From Deltaproteobacteria bacterium RIFCSPHIGHO2_02_FULL_40_28 (lineage in GTDB: Bacteria > UBA10199 > 2-12-FULL-40-28), in the NCBI GenBank assembly GCA_001798135.1, contig MGRJ01000024.1:152514-216513 (forward strand): a stretch of 64,000 nt of DNA. Direction: 5' to 3'. Positions 9,214 to 16,661 of this stretch are shown piece by piece. Under the pieces are notes generated by a model. That model did not search any database and had not been told where the DNA came from. It saw only the letters and a program-made list of their open reading frames with translations. Both the position numbers and the translations under genes were made by a program. The first letter of the stretch is position 1, and each line of letters opens with the position of its first letter.

Positions 9214-9669
9214 TTATTTTGTTTTGTTTGGAGAAGCTAAGGTTACTTGCGCTCTTATGCCATCGTAAATCATGATTATGTTACTAAGAAAGTCTCTTCC
9301 TAAAAGAACCTCATGTGCTTGATCACCATCTTTTAAATCAGCAGCAAGAAATTTGCCATATTGCTCTGTCTCTAGTGCGAGGCACACAATTCTTGTTAAA
9401 TACATCGTATGTTCTCTTGGTCCACCAACACCAGCTACCATTGCCTTATCAACTGGCACAAGACCTAATTTAGTCGCTAACTGGCTATCAATCATGCTTT
9501 GTGAAGCTCCAGTATCTATAAGGGCAAATACAGTTTCAGATTTTAATTCTTCTATTTTATCAGGAATGTCAAAAGAACATACAATCACCTGTGTAGTTGG
9601 ACCATAGTGGAGCAACCGCTGTGAATCAGCTTTACCTTCATTACTAAAACCTGCTTCAATTAGAGGCAT
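9214..9669 (-). CDS. retropepsin-like (clan AA) aspartic protease; passenger gene
   Basis: ALIDTGAS active-site motif (D-T/S-G-A) with hydrophobic flanks, at the ~150-aa size typical of bacterial clan AA single-domain proteases. Overlaps the upstream ORF by 14 nt. Confidence 0.65.
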   Translation of the reverse strand: MPLIEAGFSNEGKADSQRLLHYGPTTQVIVCSFDIPDKIEELKSETVFALIDTGASQSMIDSQLATKLGLVPVDKAMVAGVGGPREHTMYLTRIVCLALETEQYGKFLAADLKDGDQAHEVLLGRDFLSNIIMIYDGIRAQVTLASPNKTK

Positions 9670-9970
9670 GAACTATTCTATAGGCTACCGATGCTGGAAG
9701 ATTTTTAGATGGTTCGCTCCCTACTTCTCGAATTAGATAAGGACCTTTACCAAATTGTTTAATTGCTTCTTTAGCGGCTGCATCAAAAGTGTCATAAGCA
9801 CCGACAAGTTTTTCATCGTGTATAATGACAAATTTACCCATATGATGCTTCAAGAGAGTAGGCTTCATTTGCTCAAAAGCATGTATTTCTTTTTTTAATA
9901 AATCACTCATATGCATAGTATAAAACACACTGAGTACGTTTACAATATTAGAAATCATCTTACAAGCCAT
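9656..9970 (-). CDS. small protein co-transcribed with the aspartic protease (DUF-type, function unknown)
   Basis: 104-aa ORF overlapping the protease start by 14 nt. Motif GKFVIIHDEKLVGAYDTFDAAAKEAIKQFGKGPYLIREVG. Confidence 0.5.
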   Translation of the reverse strand: MACKMISNIVNVLSVFYTMHMSDLLKKEIHAFEQMKPTLLKHHMGKFVIIHDEKLVGAYDTFDAAAKEAIKQFGKGPYLIREVGSEPSKNLPASVAYRIVHASN

Positions 9971-10018
9971 GGTTTTATATGCTTGACTTTTCTTAACCGA
10001 TCAAGCATAAAAGTCATT

Positions 10019-10846
10019 ATGAATAAGTTAAACGTTAAAGATCAAGTTCGCATCGTAGCCTCTCTTGTGGAAGGGAACAGTATCCGTGCAACCTGCCGAA
10101 TGACAGGAGCTTCTAAGAATACAGTCGTTAAGCTTTTGGTTAATCTTGGCCGTGCCTGTTCTGAATACCAAGATAAAACCTTTAAAAACCTCAATTGTAA
10201 ACACATCCAATGTGATGAAATTTGGTCTTTTGTTGGAATGAAGGACAAGAATATCCCGAAAGAGAAGAAAGGCATTTTCGATTATGGCGATGTTTGGACC
10301 TGGACGGCTTTGTGTGCTGATACGAAGCTAATTCCATGCTGGTACGTTGGAGATCGTAGTGCGGAGGCTGGCTATCATTTCATGAACGATCTTGCGGGAC
10401 GTTTGGCCAATAAGGTCCAGCTCACAACTGATGGTCATAAGGCTTACCTAGAAGCGGTGGAAGGCGCTTTTGGGAATGATGTTGATTATGCCCAACTTCA
10501 AAAGATTTATGGAACAGTGAAAAAAGAAGGTGAAACTCGATACAGCCCTGCACAGTGCATGGGGGCACGAAAAGCAGTTATTACTGGCAATCCAGCTCAT
10601 GAGCATACTTCCACAAGCTACATTGAACGCTCTAACCTTACTATGCGAATGCACATGCGCCGTTTTACTCGCTTAACTAATGCCTTCTCAAAGAAGCTTG
10701 AGAATCACGAAGCAGCTATTGCCATTCATTTTATGTATTACAATTTTGCCCGTATTCACCAGACTTTGCGGGTGACACCTGCCATGGAGGCTGGTATAAG
10801 TGAACATGTGTGGGGGTTAGATGAGATAGTAAAATTATTGGATTGA
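10019..10846 (+). CDS. DDE transposase, IS1/IS1595 family-like
   Basis: N-terminal HTH (IRATCRMTGASKNTVVKLL). The core IQCDEIWSFVGMK...TDGHKAYLEAV resembles IS1 InsB (VCAEMDEQWGYVG...TDGWPLYE). Stop abuts the right IR. The ORF track starts at 9911, but the ATG at 10019 fits the HTH N-terminus. Confidence 0.65.
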   Translation: MNKLNVKDQVRIVASLVEGNSIRATCRMTGASKNTVVKLLVNLGRACSEYQDKTFKNLNCKHIQCDEIWSFVGMKDKNIPKEKKGIFDYGDVWTWTALCADTKLIPCWYVGDRSAEAGYHFMNDLAGRLANKVQLTTDGHKAYLEAVEGAFGNDVDYAQLQKIYGTVKKEGETRYSPAQCMGARKAVITGNPAHEHTSTSYIERSNLTMRMHMRRFTRLTNAFSKKLENHEAAIAIHFMYYNFARIHQTLRVTPAMEAGISEHVWGLDEIVKLLD

Positions 10847-10912
10847 AACTGACCCACTACCAACTGTAAGGCCCCATTGACTTTCCTGTTTTGGTAGAGA
10901 TATAGTTTTTAA

Positions 10913-12481
10913 ATGTCTGTTGGGTCTAAAATTCGCACGAGCTTAGGAGTTAAACTAGTGATGGCCATTACCCTTCCTTTAAGCTTAATGGCAGGCCTTA
11001 TTCTCACTCTGATTACTGCTCTTAATAGCCAATACCAAGGGTTTACAGCCTTAACTCTCATTTTAAGTCTTTTCCTTTTTTTTCAAGTTATCCTTACTTT
11101 TTTGGCAGTTTTAGTTTTTGTTTTAAAGCCTCTCCAAAATTTGTCTACAGCAGTTAAAAGAGCAGCCGAAGGAAATTACTTGGTTCGAGTTGATAAACCT
11201 AAAAATGATCTCTTAGGTCGTATTGCCATGCATTTTAACAAAGTGTTAGCAAAAGTGACAGATCTTACAGCTAAAAAAATTGAAGTCGAAAGAGAACTCA
11301 TCACCCTCAAAAAAAGTTTAACAACCCAACAAAAATTAGAACAAAAAACTCAACTCATCGATAGTACTTCTAATCTCCTCGAAGTTTCTTTGAAGGACTT
11401 ATCGCTTCTCTACCATGTGGCGCACTCTTTAATTCAAACCATCGAATTACACGAACTACTTCTTGCGATGAATCGTATTCTTTCAGGTGTGATGGGTTTT
11501 GAAAGATTTGCTCTTTTTCTTCTTAACGAACAAACCAAACACTATGAGCTGATTCAATCGCAAGGGATGGATGACATAGTAACTGGTTCTGTAGAAATTA
11601 AAGAAGGAGAAGGTTTGGTTGGAAAAAGTGCTCAAGAAAAAAGACCCATGATGGTGGGAGATATGTCTTGCCAACCCAGGCTCTACTTTATTCGAGGAGA
11701 TAAAAAAGAAGAAGGTTCGTGTTTGGCTTTGCCCTTAATCGTAGGGGAAAAAGTAGTTGGAGTTTTAGGTTTGTTAAGATCTAAAAAGGAGGCTTTTAGC
11801 CATGCCGATACCCAACTTTTAGAATCTTTAACCGATCAATTTGCCATGGCCTATGATCGTTCTAAACTTTACATGAAAACCAAGGAGCTTTCGGTAAAAG
11901 ATGAGCTGACTGGTATTTACAATAAGCGTCATTTCCAGGGAGTGCTTCATATGGAGTGGAAACGAGCCCTTCGTTTTAAAAGACCACTCTCCCTCATCAT
12001 GCTTGATGTTGATTATTTCAAAGCCTTTAACGATCGCTATGGGCATATCGTAGGAGATCGAGTGTTAAAAGAATTAGCTCATCTCATTGTTGAAAATGTA
12101 CGAGAGGTCGATACCGTGGCTCGTTTTGGAGGTGAAGAATTTGTCGTTATTCTCCCAGATACCAACTTAAAAGACGCAGCTACAGTAGGAGAAAAATTGA
12201 GAAGCATGGTTGAGGCAAGTGGAGATCGTTTTCGGTTGGCCGATGATAAAACTGAATTGCCATTAACTGTTAGCGTAGGGGCTTCATCTTATCCTGATTG
12301 GGTTACCAATGAAGAAGAGCTTATTAATACCACCGATATGGCTCTTTATCAGGCCAAAGCCAAAGGTCGAAACATGGTGTGCCCCTACGATGGCATTGGT
12401 TTTGATCAGATGGTCGACCAATCCAAAGAAATTTTGGCCCAAGTTAACCGTTTTGATACCCATGGGACATATTTCCGTTGA
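10913..12481 (+). CDS. membrane-anchored HAMP-GAF-GGDEF diguanylate cyclase
   Basis: N-terminal TM segments, a HAMP-like linker, then a GGDEF domain with RFGGEEFVVIL and DxD motifs. Confidence 0.8.
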   Translation: MSVGSKIRTSLGVKLVMAITLPLSLMAGLILTLITALNSQYQGFTALTLILSLFLFFQVILTFLAVLVFVLKPLQNLSTAVKRAAEGNYLVRVDKPKNDLLGRIAMHFNKVLAKVTDLTAKKIEVERELITLKKSLTTQQKLEQKTQLIDSTSNLLEVSLKDLSLLYHVAHSLIQTIELHELLLAMNRILSGVMGFERFALFLLNEQTKHYELIQSQGMDDIVTGSVEIKEGEGLVGKSAQEKRPMMVGDMSCQPRLYFIRGDKKEEGSCLALPLIVGEKVVGVLGLLRSKKEAFSHADTQLLESLTDQFAMAYDRSKLYMKTKELSVKDELTGIYNKRHFQGVLHMEWKRALRFKRPLSLIMLDVDYFKAFNDRYGHIVGDRVLKELAHLIVENVREVDTVARFGGEEFVVILPDTNLKDAATVGEKLRSMVEASGDRFRLADDKTELPLTVSVGASSYPDWVTNEEELINTTDMALYQAKAKGRNMVCPYDGIGFDQMVDQSKEILAQVNRFDTHGTYFR

Positions 12482-12536
12482 CATAAGGGGGGGGATAGGG
12501 ATAGCAGGTGAAAACTGAGCTGAGAATAAAGGAAAA

Positions 12537-12887
12537 ATGATAATCAATCTTAAAGATTTTTTTGAACAAGCTTTAGTCAAGGGCGAATCCCTGCGTGATG
12601 AAATTGCCACTGAATTATTGAAATCAAAAGCACTCAAAGAAATTTTAAAAAGCGATGTTTTTGTGCGAGCTATTTCTACAATCATGCGTACTAAAGATGA
12701 AGTGGCTCGTGCCATTAGAGTCAATGTAAAATCAGTTCTTAAGTTGATGGATGTTCCTTCCAAGGGTGATATCACTCATCTTGAACGAAAGATAAATCAA
12801 TTAGAAAAAGTGGTTGATCGTGTTGGAAAAAGAGCCATCACGGTTGGTAGTTTTCAAAAAATTAAGTCACGCAGAAACCGCAAGTAA
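12537..12887 (+). CDS. hypothetical coiled-coil protein (phasin-like?)
   Basis: 116-aa K/E-rich helical ORF with no catalytic motif. Confidence 0.4.
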   Translation: MIINLKDFFEQALVKGESLRDEIATELLKSKALKEILKSDVFVRAISTIMRTKDEVARAIRVNVKSVLKLMDVPSKGDITHLERKINQLEKVVDRVGKRAITVGSFQKIKSRRNRK

Positions 12888-12898
12888 TTTGAAATGCA

Positions 12899-13699
12899 AT
12901 GAAAGATTCAATTGGTGTCTTTGATTCTGGTATTGGTGGACTCACTGTTTTAAAGGAAATTAGAAAACGCCTTCCCACAGAAAATTTAATTTATCTAGGC
13001 GATACAGCCAGGGTTCCTTATGGGACTAAATCCCCTGAAACCGTTATTCGCTATACGCTTCGTAATACCGAATTTTTAGTAAGTAAGGGGGTTAAAGCCA
13101 TTGTGATTGCCTGTAACACAGCCTCGGCTTATGGTTTGTCTGAAGTCAGCAAACATTTCGATATTCCTATTTTGGGGGTTATAACTCCGGGAGCACTTTC
13201 TGCAGTGAAAGCTACCAAAAATAATCAAGTAGGGGTTATTGGAACGGAAGGAACAATCGCCTCCCTAGCCTATCAAAAGGAAATCCAAAAATTAAATTCT
13301 CATATTACTACTCATACCCAGTCTTGTCCCTTATTGGTTGGTCTTGCTGAAGAAGGACGCATAGAAGGAGAAATTGTTGAGCTTGTTATTAAAACTTACT
13401 TAGAACCTTTAAAACCTCAAACTATTGATACTCTTATTTTAGGTTGTACTCATTACCCCCTCTTTAAGAAAATGTTTCAAAAAATATTGGGAAATCAAGT
13501 TACCCTCATTGATTCTGCTGTGGAGGTTGCTTCTAATTTGGAAGAACTTTTAGTAAAAAGGGGCTTAAAGGGTAGGGGCTCTGAAAAAGGAGAGGTTGGT
13601 TTTTATTCAACTGATGCTCCCAACCGAATGGAAAAGATTGGTCCTCAATTTTTTTGTGAAAGTATGACCAAAGTTCATCAAATTGAAATTACTTTTTAG
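12899..13699 (+). CDS. murI: glutamate racemase
   Basis: VFDSGIGGLTVL, YLGDTARVPYG, ACNTAS and GCTHYP motifs. Confidence 0.9.
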   Translation: MKDSIGVFDSGIGGLTVLKEIRKRLPTENLIYLGDTARVPYGTKSPETVIRYTLRNTEFLVSKGVKAIVIACNTASAYGLSEVSKHFDIPILGVITPGALSAVKATKNNQVGVIGTEGTIASLAYQKEIQKLNSHITTHTQSCPLLVGLAEEGRIEGEIVELVIKTYLEPLKPQTIDTLILGCTHYPLFKKMFQKILGNQVTLIDSAVEVASNLEELLVKRGLKGRGSEKGEVGFYSTDAPNRMEKIGPQFFCESMTKVHQIEITF

Positions 13700-13742
13700 T
13701 TTTTTACTTTGCAGTTTTTTTATGAGGCGGTAGAAGTAAACC

Positions 13743-14567
13743 ATGAAAAAAAGATCTGTGGCAGAATTAGAAGATTTAGCATGTGAGCTTCGTATCCTCA
13801 TTTTAAAAATGGTGCATCATGCTCAATGTGGTCATACGGGCGGACCATTATCCTGCATTGATATGCTGACAGCCCTTTATTTTTATGAAATGAATCATGA
13901 CCCTGAAAATCCTCACTGGGAAAATCGGGATCGTTTTGTTTTATCTGCAGGACATACAGCTCCTGCTCTTTATGCCTGTTTAATCAAAGCTGGCTATATT
14001 CCCAAAGATGAAATGTGGGGATTGCGAAAGTTGGGAAGCAAACTCCAAGGACATCCAAAACTAAACGTAGATTGGGGTATTGAAATGTCTACGGGCTCTT
14101 TGGGTCAGGGCATGAGTATTTCTAATGGAATGGCCATGGCTGCGCGTCTTGATGGAAAATCCTATCGTGTTTATTCGCTTGAATCGGATGGGGGTGCTCA
14201 AGAGGGAATGATGTGGGAAGGAGCGATGAGTGCAGGGTATCGTCACTTGGATAATCGGGTGGCGCTTCTCGACTACAATGGCATTCAAATTGATGGCTTT
14301 GTTAAAGACATTAAAGATGTTGCTCCTCTCGATAAAAAATTTGAGGCTTTTAATTGGCATACTCTTGTTATTGATGGCCATGACATGAGTGCAATTGTAG
14401 CCGCCCTTGATGAAGCTAGATTGGTTAAGGGAAAGCCTACTGCCATTATTTGCAAGACTATCATGGGAAAGGGAGTTTCCATTTTTGAAAACAAACCCAA
14501 ATACCATGGAGTGGCTCCAACAGATGATGAATTTAAAATAGCCATGCAAGAATTAGGAGACCAATGA
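13743..14567 (+). CDS. transketolase, N-terminal (TPP-binding) subunit
   Basis: GH(T/S)GGxxS TPP motif (CGHTGGPLS), GSLGQG, and a DG-rich block. Overlaps the next ORF by 4 nt (split tkt). Confidence 0.85.
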   Translation: MKKRSVAELEDLACELRILILKMVHHAQCGHTGGPLSCIDMLTALYFYEMNHDPENPHWENRDRFVLSAGHTAPALYACLIKAGYIPKDEMWGLRKLGSKLQGHPKLNVDWGIEMSTGSLGQGMSISNGMAMAARLDGKSYRVYSLESDGGAQEGMMWEGAMSAGYRHLDNRVALLDYNGIQIDGFVKDIKDVAPLDKKFEAFNWHTLVIDGHDMSAIVAALDEARLVKGKPTAIICKTIMGKGVSIFENKPKYHGVAPTDDEFKIAMQELGDQ

Positions 14568-15496
14568 CTGAAATTGCAACACGTGATGCCTATGGTAAAA
14601 AACTAGCAACCTTGGGAGAAATTTATCCAGAGATTGTTGTTTTAGATGCCGATCTTTCTGGTTCAACTAAAACCGAATTTTTTGCTAAAAAATTTCCTCA
14701 GCGTTTTTTTAACATGGGTGTGGCCGAACAAGATTTAATGGGTACTGCTGCTGGTTTAGCTGCCTGTGGCAAAACAGTTTTTGTTTCTACTTTTGCTATT
14801 TTTGCTACGGGAAGAGCGTGGGAACCTTTTCGTCAATCCATTGCTTATCCTCACCTCAATGTAAAAATATGTGCCAGTCATGCGGGTTTAAGTGTGGGAG
14901 AAGATGGAGCCAGCCATCAAACTGTTGAAGATATTGCCATTATTCGTGCCATCCCATTCGTCAAGGTTTTAGTTCCATCTGATGGTATAGAAACCGAACA
15001 GATGGTTGAATTTTTAGCAAAAGATTCTGGGCCTTGCTACTTGCGTTTATCTCGAGCAAAAGCTCCCCTGGTTCACGAAGCCTCTTATCAATTTCAAATT
15101 GGTCGCGGTCATATTTTAAAAGAAGGAAGTACAGTTTGTCTTTTTACAGCAGGTTTTATTACTTCCCAAGTTTTAGCTGCAGCCTTAGAACTAAGTAATC
15201 AAGGGGTTTCCACAACAGTAGTTAATATGAGTTCAATTAAGCCCCTTGATAGTAAGCTTGTGGTAGCTATGGCAGAAAAACATCAATATCTTTTTTCTAT
15301 CGAAGAACATTCTATTATTGGTGGTTTGGGTTCAGCCATTGCCGAAACCCTCGTTAGTTCTTATCCAAAAAAATTAGTTCGTTTAGGTATAAATGATGAG
15401 TTTGGACAATCAGGGAGTTATCAAGCAGTAATCGATCATTATGGTCTTTCTACTCGTGGCATTTTAGAAAGCCTTAAAAAAGAGTTAAAATTATGA
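14564..15496 (+). CDS. transketolase, C-terminal (pyrimidine-binding and C-terminal domain) subunit
   Basis: Transketolase Pyr and C-terminal domain signatures (AEQD, EDGASHQ). Confidence 0.85.
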   Translation: MTEIATRDAYGKKLATLGEIYPEIVVLDADLSGSTKTEFFAKKFPQRFFNMGVAEQDLMGTAAGLAACGKTVFVSTFAIFATGRAWEPFRQSIAYPHLNVKICASHAGLSVGEDGASHQTVEDIAIIRAIPFVKVLVPSDGIETEQMVEFLAKDSGPCYLRLSRAKAPLVHEASYQFQIGRGHILKEGSTVCLFTAGFITSQVLAAALELSNQGVSTTVVNMSSIKPLDSKLVVAMAEKHQYLFSIEEHSIIGGLGSAIAETLVSSYPKKLVRLGINDEFGQSGSYQAVIDHYGLSTRGILESLKKELKL

Positions 15497-16647
15497 AATC
15501 TATTTTATTTATTTTCATTTTTATTTTCAGTTTTGTGGGCAGGACCACAGCCTTGAGTGATAAAATTTATGAAGAGCTTGAAACTTTCACTCAAATTCTT
15601 GATTTGGTGGATAAACAATATGTTCACCAAGTAGATGAACATCAAATGATTCAGGGAGCTATTCAAGGGATGTTGAGTTCGCTAGATCCTCATACTGTTT
15701 ACATGGAGCCCGATCTCTACAAAGATTTTAAAGCAGATACCACAGGCAAGTATGGAGGAGTCGGGATTGAAATTTCTGTTAAAGATGGAGTTTTAACGGT
15801 GGTTTCTCCTTTCGAAGATTCTCCGGCTTACTTTGCAGGAATTAAAGCAGGAGATCGTATTTTAAAAATCAATGGCACATTAACCAAGGGCATGAACATT
15901 ATGGATGCTGTTTCTCAGATGAGAGGCAACAAAGGGAAAAAAGTGGTTTTAACTATTTGGCATGAGGGCGCTAGCAAAGCTCAAGATATTACCTTGGTGA
16001 GAGATATCATTAAGATGGTTGCGGTAAAACAAGAGCTCATCAAAGGTGGATATGCCTATATGAGAATTACCACTTTCCAAGAAAATACAACCCAGGAAAT
16101 GGAGGAGGCTTTAAAAAAAGTAACCGAAGAAAATAAAGGCCCCTTAAAAGGCATTGTTCTCGATTTAAGAAATAATCCTGGAGGATTGTTAAATGAGGCT
16201 GTGGGGGTGTCGGATTTATTTATGGATAAGGGAACTATTGTTTCTACACGTGGTAAAGACAAAGAAATTGAAGTTAAAACGGCCAAATCTGGTTCGGCTT
16301 ATGAAAACACTCCCTTGGTGGTTCTTGTTAATGGAGGATCGGCCTCTGCTTCTGAAATTGTAGCGGGAGCTCTCCAAGATGTGCGCCGAGCTAAAATTAT
16401 AGGCACTCAATCTTTTGGAAAAGGTTCCGTACAAACTCTGCTCGATTTGGGTAATGGTTCTGCTTTAAAAATCACCATTGCAAAGTATTTTACTCCAAAG
16501 GGAAGGCAAATCGATGGCAAGGGCATTGGGCCCGATATTGTTATCGATACCCAAACCATAGAAAAAGATTTAACCAACATGCCTGCAGATCAAAGACCCA
16601 AGCTAGCAGATTATCAAAAAGAAAAAGCGATTGAAATTCTCAGATAA
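15493..16647 (+). CDS. ctpA: carboxyl-terminal processing protease (S41 family)
   Basis: PDZ domain plus an S41 catalytic region (GGSASASEIVAGALQD...GKG). Confidence 0.85.
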   Translation: MKSILFIFIFIFSFVGRTTALSDKIYEELETFTQILDLVDKQYVHQVDEHQMIQGAIQGMLSSLDPHTVYMEPDLYKDFKADTTGKYGGVGIEISVKDGVLTVVSPFEDSPAYFAGIKAGDRILKINGTLTKGMNIMDAVSQMRGNKGKKVVLTIWHEGASKAQDITLVRDIIKMVAVKQELIKGGYAYMRITTFQENTTQEMEEALKKVTEENKGPLKGIVLDLRNNPGGLLNEAVGVSDLFMDKGTIVSTRGKDKEIEVKTAKSGSAYENTPLVVLVNGGSASASEIVAGALQDVRRAKIIGTQSFGKGSVQTLLDLGNGSALKITIAKYFTPKGRQIDGKGIGPDIVIDTQTIEKDLTNMPADQRPKLADYQKEKAIEILR

Positions 16648-16661
16648 AATGGCGGGTGACA

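Larger units (their letters stand above)
8899..10863 (+). mobile_element. IS1/IS1595-like insertion element (~1.97 kb) with perfect 18-bp terminal inverted repeats and three passenger genes
   Basis: ttggtagtgggtcagttt at 8899-8916 is the exact reverse complement of aaactgacccactaccaa at 10846-10863. The right IR overlaps the transposase stop codon (tga 10844-10846). Confidence 0.6.

Noticed and set aside
10886-10901. Third partial copy of the IS terminal repeat (ttttggtag) just right of the element
   Set aside because: Only 9 nt match, and this short, AT-containing match is not significant.
12482-12536. gggatagggatag short direct repeat after the GGDEF gene
   Set aside because: It is a two-copy 6-mer and too short to interpret.
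13743-15496. Possible frameshifted or pseudogenised transketolase
   Set aside because: The two ORFs overlap by ATGA exactly at the natural boundary between the TPP-binding and Pyr/C-terminal domains. This is the well-known split transketolase arrangement, not a disruption.
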